Source: an uncultured Candidatus Saccharibacteria bacterium
GTDB lineage: Bacteria; Patescibacteriota; Doudnabacteria; UBA920
DNA: 64,000 bases
Direction: 5' to 3'
Assembly (NCBI GenBank): GCA_964600695.1
Contig: CAZRKK010000001.1
Span: 63,043 to 127,042, forward strand
The notes under the pieces: generated by a model
Database searches by the model: none
The model's input: only the letters and a program-made list of their open reading frames with translations
Told to the model about the DNA's origin: nothing
Program-made: the position numbers and the translations under genes
Shown: in pieces, positions 1 through 8,273 of the stretch
How positions within the stretch are numbered: position 1 is the stretch's first letter
How the letters are laid out: every line of letters starts with the position of its first letter

Positions 1-571
1 GACTGATGCTGATGTAGATGGTGCTCACATTCGCACACTTCTACTTACTTTATTCTATCGCTACTTCCCAGAAATTATTCGTGATGGCCATCTGTACATT
101 GCTCAACCTCCGCTGTTTCGTGTTCAGGTTGGTAAGAATTTTCAATATGCTTTTTCTGATACCGAACGTGATGAGATCTTAGATGATTTAATTGGTGAAG
201 CCGAAGCCAAGCGTGGTGCTAGCGCTGCCCAAAAGAAGATCAATAAAAAGAAGGAAGCAGACCAAGCTAACGCTGCAGAAAACTTAGATCTAGGTGACGA
301 CGAACCAGAAGACGGAAGCGAAGCAGTCGAACAAGGAAGCAAGGGTGGAGTTAAATATAACATTCAACGTTACAAAGGTTTGGGAGAAATGAACGCAGGC
401 CAACTTTGGGAAACTACTATGGACCCAGAAAATCGCGTCATGCTTAAAGTTGAAATTGAAGATGCAGAAAAAGTCAGTGAAGTCTTCGAAACCCTAATGG
501 GTGATGAAGTTCCTCCTCGTAAGAGATTTATTACCACTCACGCCAAGACAGTAAAGAATTTGGATATTTAA
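1..571 (+). CDS. gyrB: DNA gyrase subunit B, C-terminal part (5' end lies outside the window)
   Basis: The frame beginning at nt 2 reads ...[38 protein letters not shown]...[22 protein letters not shown]...[17 protein letters not shown]. These are the canonical Toprim/C-terminal GyrB motifs. An acidic, Lys-rich linker precedes the RYKGLGEM motif. Confidence 0.9.
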   Translation, partial: TDADVDGAHIRTLLLTLFYRYFPEIIRDGHLYIAQPPLFRVQVGKNFQYAFSDTERDEILDDLIGEAEAKRGASAAQKKINKKKEADQANAAENLDLGDDEPEDGSEAVEQGSKGGVKYNIQRYKGLGEMNAGQLWETTMDPENRVMLKVEIEDAEKVSEVFETLMGDEVPPRKRFITTHAKTVKNLDI

Positions 572-593
572 TTTGGAATTAAATTGAAAATAT

Positions 594-1160
594 ATGGGTG
601 AATTCGAAAACGATGACAAGAATAATAAAGAGTTTAGAACTCCATCAACTGAGACTCAAACTCCTAAAGTAGAAGACAAAGCAGAAGTAGATCCAGAATC
701 TAGGATTGGTAAACCAGATGAATCACGTGAGGCCACATCTCAAGAAAAAAGTGAGGCACAACGTGTCTTGGTAGAAAAGATTCAAAAGCGAGTTGATGGA
801 ATGAAAGCTGATTTATCAAAAATGGAAGAAATGTACCCAGCTGTTAAATCTGTGGAAACGAATACACAACAAGCAGACAAGAAAGAAGCAGAGTTAATCA
901 CTCTTATCCGTGATCAATTGCAGTCTGGCCAAGAAGGTTACGAAGAAAATATTAAAGAACAAGAAAGAATACAAACAGAAATCACTGAGCTCAGACGACA
1001 AGCTGACGACACCAGAAAAGAAGTCTTCAGTAAATTACCCAATGGCCAAAGAGATACGACTGAGCTGAACCAGAAGATATATAATCTAAAAGAAGATATA
1101 GCAAAAGAAGAAGATATACTAGAAGCTAACAAAAAAGAGCTAGCAAAAATGTCAAAATAA
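594..1160 (+). CDS. hypothetical acidic coiled-coil protein
   Basis: 188-aa ORF, E/K/Q-rich with heptad-like periodicity, no recognisable catalytic motif. A perfect 17-bp stem terminator follows it. Confidence 0.55.
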   Translation: MGEFENDDKNNKEFRTPSTETQTPKVEDKAEVDPESRIGKPDESREATSQEKSEAQRVLVEKIQKRVDGMKADLSKMEEMYPAVKSVETNTQQADKKEAELITLIRDQLQSGQEGYEENIKEQERIQTEITELRRQADDTRKEVFSKLPNGQRDTTELNQKIYNLKEDIAKEEDILEANKKELAKMSK

Positions 1161-1172
1161 CATAAATCAAAC

Positions 1173-1208
1173 ATAAATCCGCGAGAAAAGGTTTTCTCGC
1201 GGATTTAT
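1173..1208 (+). terminator. perfect 17-bp stem hairpin (ATAAATCCGCGAGAAAA / TTTTCTCGCGGATTTAT) after ORF 594-1160
   Basis: Inverted repeat read directly from the sequence. The loop is 2 nt and no long U-tract follows. Confidence 0.6.
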
Positions 1209-1228
1209 GTCATTGAACACTAAAATAA

Positions 1229-1257
1229 TTGACTTTCTGCCAAAAAACTAGTATTAT
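1229..1257 (+). promoter_or_regulatory. sigma70-like promoter TTGACT-N17-TATTAT upstream of secE-nusG
   Basis: TTGACT at 1229-1234, a 17-nt spacer, then TATTAT at 1252-1257, about 70 nt upstream of the secE start. Confidence 0.5.
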
Positions 1258-1327
1258 TTAAGAAAGCCCTGCGAAGGGTTTTAAAAAAGCCTTTATTTTG
1301 ATAATAAACGCTTAATTAAAGGATAAT

Positions 1328-1510
1328 ATGTCAAGAATCATCAAATATTTTCGTGATGTACGAAGCGAAGTTTCTAAAGTAATCTGGCCATCTCGCCAAG
1401 ATGCTATTCGCTATACCATCACAGTTATCGTATTCTCATTAGTGCTAGCCGCTATTTTAGGGGCAGCAGACTTTGGATTATTAAAAGGCTTCGAAGCCCT
1501 TATTAAGTAA
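1328..1510 (+). CDS. secE: preprotein translocase subunit SecE
   Basis: 60-aa single-TM protein (MSRIIKYFRDVRSEVSKVIWPSRQDAIRYTITVIVFSLVLAAILG...) lying directly upstream of nusG, the conserved secE-nusG-rplK context. Confidence 0.85.
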   Translation: MSRIIKYFRDVRSEVSKVIWPSRQDAIRYTITVIVFSLVLAAILGAADFGLLKGFEALIK

Positions 1511-1514
1511 AAAT

Positions 1515-2060
1515 ATGTCTAAACAACAAGTCACCGGCGAACAACACTGGTACGTACTTCACACATATAGTGGATACGAAGATAGTGTCGCCATCAACTT
1601 AAAACAACGTATCGAAAACTTGAATATGCAAGATAAAATCTTTGATGCGATTGTTCCTAAAGAAAAAAAGATTAAGATCCGTGATGGCAAACGTACAACC
1701 TTCGAAGAAAAGATCTTCCCAGGTTACGTACTTGTTAACATGATTGTAACCGATGACTCTTGGTATGTAGTTCGTAACACTCCTAACGTAACAGGGTTCG
1801 TAGGTAGTGGAACAATTCCAACTCCAGTCGCAGCAGAAGAGTGGGCATTCTTACAAAAGCGAATGGGTGCCGAAGAACCAAAGTTCAAAGTTGACTTTGA
1901 AGTTGGTGAACTGGTTCAAATCAACGACGGACCGTTCAAGGATTACGAAGGTAAAATTGGTGAATTAGACCAAGCTAAAGGTAAAGTGAAAGTAATGGTA
2001 ACAATCTTTGGTCGCGAAACTCCAGTTGAACTCGATTTTCTTCAGATTAAAAAGTTATAG
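1515..2060 (+). CDS. nusG: transcription antitermination factor NusG
   Basis: 181 aa with an NGN domain (WYVLHTYSGYE) and a C-terminal KOW motif (GELVQINDGPFKDYEGKIGELD...KVKVMVTIFGRETPVELD). Confidence 0.9.
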   Translation: MSKQQVTGEQHWYVLHTYSGYEDSVAINLKQRIENLNMQDKIFDAIVPKEKKIKIRDGKRTTFEEKIFPGYVLVNMIVTDDSWYVVRNTPNVTGFVGSGTIPTPVAAEEWAFLQKRMGAEEPKFKVDFEVGELVQINDGPFKDYEGKIGELDQAKGKVKVMVTIFGRETPVELDFLQIKKL

Positions 2061-2086
2061 CTTAGTTATTATATTTTAGATTTTTT

Positions 2087-2115
2087 CAGAGCCTCAATAT
2101 TTTATTTAGGCTCTG
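2087..2115 (+). terminator. hairpin CAGAGCC...GGCTCTG after nusG
   Basis: 7-bp GC-containing stem with an AT-rich loop. The U-tract is weak. Confidence 0.4.
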
Positions 2116-2209
2116 TGCTAAATCCAAAATTGGATTCAATCATTAACAAGTAGTCGGTCGCGGTTATGACTTGCGATCTCGTCCCTAATAAGGATTACTA
2201 CTCTACAAA

Positions 2210-2635
2210 ATGGCAAAGAAGATAAAGACAATGGTAAAGTTGCAGCTCCCAGCCGGAAAAGCAACTCCAGCACCTCCTGTCGGTACAGCCCTTGGGCCCC
2301 ACGGGATTAACATTGGTGATTTCACCAAGCAGTTCAACGAACAGACAGCCCCATTAGGAGACACAATCATTCCGGTCGAAATGACCATTTATGAAGATCG
2401 TTCGTTCACATTCATTCTTAAGACTCCTCCAGCATCTGTGTTAATTCGCAAAGCTGCTGGTCTAGCTAAAGGTTCTAGCAATCCTTTGACTACAAAAGTA
2501 GGAAAAATTTCTACTGCACAGTTAAAAGAAATTGCCGAGACCAAAATGCCCGATCTTAACGCCGTCGACTTAGACGCTGCAGAAAAGATCATCCGCGGCA
2601 CAGCCCGAAGCATGGGTATCGAAATTAAAGATTAA
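2210..2635 (+). CDS. rplK: 50S ribosomal protein L11
   Basis: [47 protein letters not shown]... is the classic L11 N-terminal domain, in the secE-nusG-rplK arrangement. Confidence 0.95.
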   Translation: MAKKIKTMVKLQLPAGKATPAPPVGTALGPHGINIGDFTKQFNEQTAPLGDTIIPVEMTIYEDRSFTFILKTPPASVLIRKAAGLAKGSSNPLTTKVGKISTAQLKEIAETKMPDLNAVDLDAAEKIIRGTARSMGIEIKD

Positions 2636-2658
2636 TAAAATCATTAATCAATAAATAC

Positions 2659-3006
2659 ATGAACTTATCATGGATTAAAAAGGTTTACCTATATTTGGTA
2701 TCCTTGATCTCTCTAGTAATCTTTGTGATTGCTGGAATTATGCTCATCAATTTAGGATTAAAGACTTGGGTCTTCCCAAAAGCTGACACTAATTACTACA
2801 GTAATTTTTGTTCTAAAATTACCCCTATTGCTGCGCCTAATGGTGAGGTGATTAGTGGCGACCCGACCGAATGTGCAAATAGCCAACAAGCCCAAGATGA
2901 ACGCTCTGCCCAAAAGCAGCGCGATGCATCCCAAGCACTAGCTATGATTATAGTCGCAACTCCAGTATTCTTCTATCACTGGAGGCTGGCACGAAAAGAA
3001 GTATAG
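2659..3006 (+). CDS. small two-TM membrane protein inserted between rplK and rplA
   Basis: 115-aa ORF with N- and C-terminal hydrophobic segments and a Cys-containing extracytoplasmic loop. It is not part of the canonical L11-L1 operon. Confidence 0.5.
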   Translation: MNLSWIKKVYLYLVSLISLVIFVIAGIMLINLGLKTWVFPKADTNYYSNFCSKITPIAAPNGEVISGDPTECANSQQAQDERSAQKQRDASQALAMIIVATPVFFYHWRLARKEV

Positions 3007-3017
3007 GTTAGTTAATT

Positions 3018-3111
3018 AGAGTACAGGAATATTTGTTAAGTAGGTAGTCTGCTAGCGCCAGACCGCACAGCGGTCGAGAGCGCTACCTACGTACAAATAT
3101 TCCTGTACTCT
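3018..3111 (+). ncRNA. long nested stem-loop structure upstream of rplA (possible ribosomal-protein leader or attenuator)
   Basis: The outer arms AGAGTACAGGAATATTTGT (3018-3036) and ACAAATATTCCTGTACTCT (3093-3111) are perfectly complementary. Nested inside are GTAGGTAG/CTACCTAC and GACCGC-ACAG-GCGGTC helices. Confidence 0.45.
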
Positions 3112-3168
3112 CAATAAACAATTAATTTGTGGGAGAGCATTAGCTCGATTACCACGAAAGGAATTCAA

Positions 3169-3852
3169 ATGAAGAAATTATCAAAGCGCACCAAAGCTAA
3201 TTTGGAAAATGTAGAAAAAGACAAAGTCTATTCTATCGAAGAAGCCTTAGAGCTTGCAAAGAAAACTGCTACAACTAAATTTGTAGGTTCAGTAGAGGTT
3301 CATATTAAGACTGCAATTGATGCTAAAAAAACAGATCAAGCTATTCGTGGATCTGTTACTTTACCTCACGGTACTGGTAAGACCAAGAGAATCGCAGCAT
3401 TTGTAAGCGAAGGCAAAGAAGCAGAGGCAAAAGCTGCTGGAGCTGCTATCGTTGGTGGCGAAGAGCTAATCAAACAAATCAAAGAATCAGAAAAGACTGA
3501 CTTCGATGTAGCTATTGCAGAGCCTAGCATGATGCCAAAATTGGCTGCTATCGCTAAAATCCTGGGAACTCGAGGAATGATGCCTAATCCAAAAACTGGC
3601 ACGATCTCTGACAATATCACAGGAGCTATCGCTGAAATCGCAGGTGGTAAAATCAACTTTAAAAATGACAATACTGGTAACGTTCACCAAATCATTGGTA
3701 AGACTGATTTTGAAGCTCCAAAACTTTTAGAAAACTTAAAAAAGTTTATGGAAGCACTACACGCTGCTAAGCCATCTACTGTTAAGAAGCAGTTTATTGA
3801 AAGCTGTACAATCAATTCAACAATGGGTCCTGGAATCAAATTTAAAGCTTAG
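3169..3852 (+). CDS. rplA: 50S ribosomal protein L1
   Basis: Starting at MKKLSKRTKANLENV..., the translation gives ...GSVTLPHGTGKTKRIAAF...MPKLAAIAKILGTRGMMPNPKTGT..., which are L1 hallmark motifs. A GGA RBS lies upstream of this ATG. The ORF-track start at 3127 is probably too early. Confidence 0.9.
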   Translation: MKKLSKRTKANLENVEKDKVYSIEEALELAKKTATTKFVGSVEVHIKTAIDAKKTDQAIRGSVTLPHGTGKTKRIAAFVSEGKEAEAKAAGAAIVGGEELIKQIKESEKTDFDVAIAEPSMMPKLAAIAKILGTRGMMPNPKTGTISDNITGAIAEIAGGKINFKNDNTGNVHQIIGKTDFEAPKLLENLKKFMEALHAAKPSTVKKQFIESCTINSTMGPGIKFKA

Positions 3853-3967
3853 TCAATTTGCATTTCTAATAAGAAGTATAAAGCAGTGCCGCAAGGTGCT
3901 GTTTTATTTTGACAAAGTTAACTCAATCAGTTATGATTCGCTTAGTTTAAAACCACAGGAGGTAGTG

Positions 3968-4531
3968 ATGCAAAACACACAAGCAATTTTACAAGACCGA
4001 GAGCTGGCAAGTAAAATTGCCAGTGGAGATGTATATGCCTTCGAAGACTTGTACAAACGAGACCATAGTAGAGTCTATGCAATCTGTTTTCGAATGACAA
4101 AAAATAAGTCTATGGCCGAAGATCTAACTCAAGATGTGTTCATTCATATCTGGAAAAAGATCAGTACCTACAAAGGTGATTCCCAACTTTCAACTTGGAT
4201 CTTTCGTATGACCGTCAATGCAGTCTTAATGCACTTTAGGAAAAAGCATGTGCGTCTAGAAAAAGATTCGCTAGAAGATAACACTCCAGAGATAAACATT
4301 GCCAGAAGTAAGGGTTACAACGACCCTGACAATCTTTCAATGCTCGAACTATTGAAAGCAATCAGTAGCTTAGCTCCAGGATATAAGAGTGTTTTGATCC
4401 TTAAGGATGTTTATGGCTTTAAGGAACAAGAAGCTGCAGAGATTCTCGGTTGTTCCAAGGGAACCATAAAATCCCAAGTGCATAAGGCAAGAATTAAAGT
4501 TCGTCAGTATCTCACTGAAAAGGCGATTTAA
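3968..4531 (+). CDS. ECF-type RNA polymerase sigma factor (sigma-70 family)
   Basis: Region 2 (DLTQDVFIHIWKKISTYKGDSQLSTWIFRMTVNAV) and a region-4 HTH (KDVYGFKEQEAAEILGCSKGTIKSQVHKARIKVRQYL) are present. A GGAGG RBS sits 6 nt before the ATG at 3968. The ORF-track start at 3797 is likely upstream read-through. Confidence 0.8.
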   Translation: MQNTQAILQDRELASKIASGDVYAFEDLYKRDHSRVYAICFRMTKNKSMAEDLTQDVFIHIWKKISTYKGDSQLSTWIFRMTVNAVLMHFRKKHVRLEKDSLEDNTPEINIARSKGYNDPDNLSMLELLKAISSLAPGYKSVLILKDVYGFKEQEAAEILGCSKGTIKSQVHKARIKVRQYLTEKAI

Positions 4532-4536
4532 AGCCG

Positions 4537-4561
4537 ACCGTCCAAAATGGGCGGTTTTTTC
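4537..4561 (+). terminator. rho-independent terminator ACCGTCC-AAAAT-GGGCGGT followed by TTTTTT
   Basis: 7-bp stem including one G-U pair, then a T6 run, immediately after the sigma-factor stop codon. Confidence 0.6.
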
Positions 4562-4645
4562 TTGCTAAAAACAGCCTTTGCCTGAGCCTAAAGTTATAGT
4601 AGAATAATTCAAGAATGGTAATATTGAGTGGAAAGTATCAAATTT

Positions 4646-5278
4646 ATGGCTATATTTAAAAAATCTGAACCAGCTCCTAAACCAATTGGTAAGTTTATTG
4701 TTATAGAAGGGTCTGGGAGTACAGACAAAAATACTCAGGTTGAACTTCTAGCAAAGACCCTGGGTAGTTATGATTATGACGGGATGGTTTTTGACTTTCC
4801 TCAATATTCATCAGTCTCTGCCGAAATGTTGACTAATTACTCAGAAGGTAAGTATGGCGATCTAAACCCCGAAGCCACTTCAATACTTTTTGCGCTCGAT
4901 AGATTCGATGCTGGTTTTGATATTCGACAACACCTTTCTGACGGTAAAATTGTTTTAGCTAACCGTTACACGAGCTCCAGTGCAGCCCATCAAGGATCGA
5001 AAATATTTGATCGCGCTGATAGAATAAAATTTTATAAATGGTTAGACAACTTAGAACATTCAATTTTTAATATTCCAAAACCTGACCTCACTATTATCTT
5101 ACACAGCAGTCCAGACAAAAGTGAAGCCGACACAGCTTATACCGAAATTGCCAGCCTGTTTCCTAATACTAAACTAGTAGAGTGTTCCGAACAGGGAGTA
5201 ATTCTTTCTGCCCAAGAAATTCATGCTAAAGTCTGGGAATTAGTACGGAGGATGGTTTTACGCAACAATTCTTTTTAA
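4646..5278 (+). CDS. thymidylate kinase-like protein with degenerate P-loop
   Basis: GKFIVIEGSGSTDKNTQ aligns with the Tmk motif GKFIVIEGLEGAGKST. LANRYTSSSAAHQG matches the Tmk DRYxxSSxAYQG lid motif. Walker A, however, reads G-S-G-S-T-D-K-N-T, so the Gly that normally precedes the Lys is an Asp. Confidence 0.6.
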   Translation: MAIFKKSEPAPKPIGKFIVIEGSGSTDKNTQVELLAKTLGSYDYDGMVFDFPQYSSVSAEMLTNYSEGKYGDLNPEATSILFALDRFDAGFDIRQHLSDGKIVLANRYTSSSAAHQGSKIFDRADRIKFYKWLDNLEHSIFNIPKPDLTIILHSSPDKSEADTAYTEIASLFPNTKLVECSEQGVILSAQEIHAKVWELVRRMVLRNNSF

Positions 5279-5316
5279 TACCTGTATAAATATTCCAAGG
5301 AGGAATGATACTTTAT

Positions 5317-5901
5317 ATGCTAAGTATAATTGCTGCGCGAGCAGCTAATAACGTGATTGGTAACAACAATGAACTACCATGGGAATTACCAGAGGACCTA
5401 AAATGGTTTAAAGCAAAAACCGAAAAACACCCAGTAATCATGGGTCTGAATACTTTCTTTTCTATCCTAGCTAGACTCAAAAGACCACTACCAAATCGAC
5501 CCAATTTTATTCTGAGTGGAAAGAAACCATCAGAAATTATCGAACTGATAGAAAGTAATCCATTGTACGGAATACCCAATTTTGAGCAAAGCGTGTTTTC
5601 TCAGACTACTCATTTCCACAATTCTTTAGAGTCAGCAATCCTTGATGTCGAAATTCTGAACACCGAAGTCTTCGTTATCGGAGGAGCTCGAGTTTACCAA
5701 GAAGCCCTACCTTATGCTTCGAGAATGTACCTAACAGAAATTCAACAAGAATTTAATGGTGATGTATTTTTTCCAACATTTAACCAAAGCGAATGGCGTC
5801 TCATTCCAAATCTTGAGGATAATAGAGTGAGAACGGTCAATAACATCGATTATTACTTTGCAACCTATTTTCGAAACTGGCTTAAACAAAAGGCTGCCTA
5901 A
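5317..5901 (+). CDS. folA: dihydrofolate reductase
   Basis: MLSIIAARAANNVIGNNNELPWELPEDLKWFKAKT...PVIMG...VFVIGGARVYQEALPYASRMYLTEI...GDVFFP are the canonical DHFR motifs. Confidence 0.85.
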   Translation: MLSIIAARAANNVIGNNNELPWELPEDLKWFKAKTEKHPVIMGLNTFFSILARLKRPLPNRPNFILSGKKPSEIIELIESNPLYGIPNFEQSVFSQTTHFHNSLESAILDVEILNTEVFVIGGARVYQEALPYASRMYLTEIQQEFNGDVFFPTFNQSEWRLIPNLEDNRVRTVNNIDYYFATYFRNWLKQKAA

Positions 5902-5960
5902 TTATTCCCTGCAAAATTTGCAGGGTTCTTTTTTTAACCCAAATTGGCTATAATTAGCTA

Positions 5961-7064
5961 ATGAATCAAAGCCTTTCGGAGCTCTTAACTGAGCTCAATA
6001 ACTTAAACCAGGAAGCTAAGAGCTTAACTAGTAAACTCAATCTCGAACAGAAACAGCAACAGGCTTTAGAACTACAAGATCGCATGCAAGCTGCGGATTT
6101 TTGGTCAGACCAAGAGTCTGCCCAGCAAGTTTCGCAAAGCTATAACTCCATCCAAGATTTTGTGAATTTCTGGACGGCATTGGAAAATAAGATCACAGAG
6201 TTACAAGAACTAATTACTAGCAACACAGATGAATCGGAAGAAACGATTAGCTATCTTAATCAACAAGTTAAAGATTTACAAGAACAATTCAACCAAAACC
6301 GATTAACAGTGATGATGTCCGGCAAATATGATAATCATAACGCGATCTTTGCGTTACACGCCGGAGCTGGTGGTACTGATGCTCAAGACTGGACAGAAAT
6401 TTTGCTCAGACAATTTTTACGTTACGCAGAAAAGCATAATTTAAAAACAGAAATTATAGACCAAAGTAAAGGTTCCGAAGCGGGTATAAAGTCTGTGACG
6501 GTTCATGTTAAAGGATTGAATGCTTACGGATTATTTAAAAGCGAGGCCGGTGTGCATCGCCTTGTTAGACTATCTCCGTTTAACCCAGCTCATACCCGAG
6601 AGACTTCTTTTGCTTTACTAGAACTTATTCCAGAACTTGCCGAACAAGAAAGTTTAAAGTTAGATCCAAAAGATATAGAAATCGAAGCCAACACATCATC
6701 TGGGCATGGCGGCCAGAGTGTGAACACAACATATAGTGCTATTAGGATTACTCATATTCCTACGGGGATCCGGGTAAGTATCCAAAACGAACGAAGCCAA
6801 CATCAAAATAAAGAATTGGCTATGAAGATCTTACTAGGAAAACTCCAAGCCTTAGAGGACAAAAAATTAGCCGAGGAGAAAAAAGAACTTCGCGGCGAAT
6901 TCAAATCGGCCGAGTGGGGAAATCAGATTCGTTCTTATGTTTTGCATCCGTATAAAATGGTTAAAGACCATCGCACTGACTACGAAGAAAGTGACCCCGA
7001 CAGAGTTTTAGATGGTGGTTTAGATAACTTTGTAGAAAAATATTTAGAAAGCCAAATTAAATAG
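5961..7064 (+). CDS. prfB: peptide chain release factor 2, encoded in one uninterrupted frame
   Basis: 367 aa with the SPF tripeptide (RLSPFNPAH) and the GGQ motif (SGHGGQSVNTT). There is no internal +1 frameshift site. Confidence 0.9.
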   Translation: MNQSLSELLTELNNLNQEAKSLTSKLNLEQKQQQALELQDRMQAADFWSDQESAQQVSQSYNSIQDFVNFWTALENKITELQELITSNTDESEETISYLNQQVKDLQEQFNQNRLTVMMSGKYDNHNAIFALHAGAGGTDAQDWTEILLRQFLRYAEKHNLKTEIIDQSKGSEAGIKSVTVHVKGLNAYGLFKSEAGVHRLVRLSPFNPAHTRETSFALLELIPELAEQESLKLDPKDIEIEANTSSGHGGQSVNTTYSAIRITHIPTGIRVSIQNERSQHQNKELAMKILLGKLQALEDKKLAEEKKELRGEFKSAEWGNQIRSYVLHPYKMVKDHRTDYEESDPDRVLDGGLDNFVEKYLESQIK

Positions 7065-7074
7065 GATAAAAATA

Positions 7075-7098
7075 AAAGACGACTGAAATGTCGTCTTT
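7075..7098. terminator. bidirectional terminator AAAGACGAC-TGAAAT-GTCGTCTTT between prfB (+) and ORF 7120-7497 (-)
   Basis: Perfect 9-bp stem flanked by an A-run and a T-run. Confidence 0.65.
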
Positions 7099-7119
7099 AG
7101 TTAAAGTTGTTGATGAATG

Positions 7120-7497
7120 TTATGTATAGAAGTTACCGCTTCCCAAACTACTAGAACGCAAAGCATGCGAAGAAGATCTTCTCGCAATTGCTGGGGGTGT
7201 TCGATGTAACTTTAGAATAGAGGAAGTATCTGTTTTATCTGTCTTCATTCCTGGAATTACATCAAAATCATTGTTAAGATAGGGAATTTCATTTTTCTCT
7301 ATCGCTTCTATGATTTGTTTTAAACACTGCAATGTGATTAAGACGTTCATCTTTTCACAACTACGTTTGTGTTTAAGTAATGACATCGCTGCGAGTTGTT
7401 GCCGCTCGACACACAACTCTTTAAAGCGATTTAGAAGTTTTTCGCCACCCACCTTGTTAATACATTGCAAAACTTCATCTAACGAACTTACTTGCAT
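7120..7497 (-). CDS. hypothetical protein
   Basis: 125-aa ORF with no recognisable motif. It sits between convergent terminators and the ftsE promoter region. Confidence 0.4.
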   Translation of the reverse strand: MQVSSLDEVLQCINKVGGEKLLNRFKELCVERQQLAAMSLLKHKRSCEKMNVLITLQCLKQIIEAIEKNEIPYLNNDFDVIPGMKTDKTDTSSILKLHRTPPAIARRSSSHALRSSSLGSGNFYT

Positions 7498-7572
7498 ATA
7501 TTTCTCCTCCTAGAAAAATCAACTTTAACTGATTTTTAATATACCAAAAATAATGGATCTAGTCTAGCCTGG

Positions 7573-7583
7573 TGTGGTATAAT
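7573..7583 (+). promoter_or_regulatory. extended -10 element (TGgTATAAT) upstream of ftsE
   Basis: TGGTATAAT at 7575-7583, ending 8 nt before the ftsE ATG. The -35 element is weak. Confidence 0.35.
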
Positions 7584-7590
7584 AAATGCA

Positions 7591-8268
7591 ATGATTCAAT
7601 TCAAAAAAGTTACAAAATATTACGGCAACCATAAAGCCTTAAACAACATTAACCTCCAAATCGACCAGGGGGAGTTTATTTCTTTAGTAGGAATGAGTGG
7701 CGCAGGGAAGTCTACTTTAATGAAGTTAATTGTAGGAGAGGAAGAACTAGACGATGGTAGCATCCTAATCGACGACATAGACATGACTCGTATTCGCAAG
7801 AGTGATCTGCCTTATTTACGCAGAAAAATTGGGGTAGTTTTTCAAGATATAAAATTGCTTCCCCGTCGCACAGCTTTCGAGAATGTAGCTTTTGCGATGG
7901 AAGTTTCCGGTCACCGCAAGGAACAAATCAACAAAGATGTCCCTCGCATTTTAGATTTGGTAGGGTTAACTCATAAGAGCAATAATTTTCCTAACGAGAT
8001 GAGCGGTGGAGAAAAGCAACGAGTGGCAATTGCACGAAGCTTAGCTCATCGCCCAGTACTACTTCTTGCAGATGAACCAACTGGTAACTTAGACGAAGTC
8101 AACGCTGCAGAAGTAATCGATTTATTATTGAAGATCAATGAACTAGGCACCACTGTAATTTTAGCTACTCACGCTTCCGACTTAGTAAACAAAATTAAAC
8201 GACGAGTAATTACCATCGAAGGTGGTCAAGTAACCCTAGAACAACAAAAAGGAAAGTATAAACTGTAA
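7591..8268 (+). CDS. ftsE: cell-division ABC transporter ATP-binding protein FtsE
   Basis: Walker A (GMSGAGKST), ABC signature (LSGGEKQRVAIARSL) and Walker B (LLLADEPTGNLD), followed directly by an FtsX-like permease. Confidence 0.9.
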   Translation: MIQFKKVTKYYGNHKALNNINLQIDQGEFISLVGMSGAGKSTLMKLIVGEEELDDGSILIDDIDMTRIRKSDLPYLRRKIGVVFQDIKLLPRRTAFENVAFAMEVSGHRKEQINKDVPRILDLVGLTHKSNNFPNEMSGGEKQRVAIARSLAHRPVLLLADEPTGNLDEVNAAEVIDLLLKINELGTTVILATHASDLVNKIKRRVITIEGGQVTLEQQKGKYKL

Positions 8269-8273
8269 ACTCT

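Noticed and set aside
142-363. Antisense ORFs in the six-frame track inside well-supported genes (for example 142-363, 938-1174, 2203-2613, 3366-3690, 5313-5579, 15048-15245, 17251-17585, 20775-21015, 52329-52553, 54463-55162, 60656-60850, 61213-61540)
   Set aside because: Each lies entirely within, and opposite or out of frame to, a gene with strong family motifs. They are low-complexity with no RBS, typical of spurious shadow ORFs.
3797-3967. Long N-terminal extension of the sigma factor ORF (start at 3797)
   Set aside because: It overlaps the rplA 3' end in another frame. A GGAGG RBS precedes the ATG at 3968, and the sigma-70 region 2 homology begins only after that ATG.
5961-7064. Programmed frameshift in prfB
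   Set aside because: The RF2 reading frame is continuous from Met to stop with full-length homology, and there is no CUU-UGA-type shift site.
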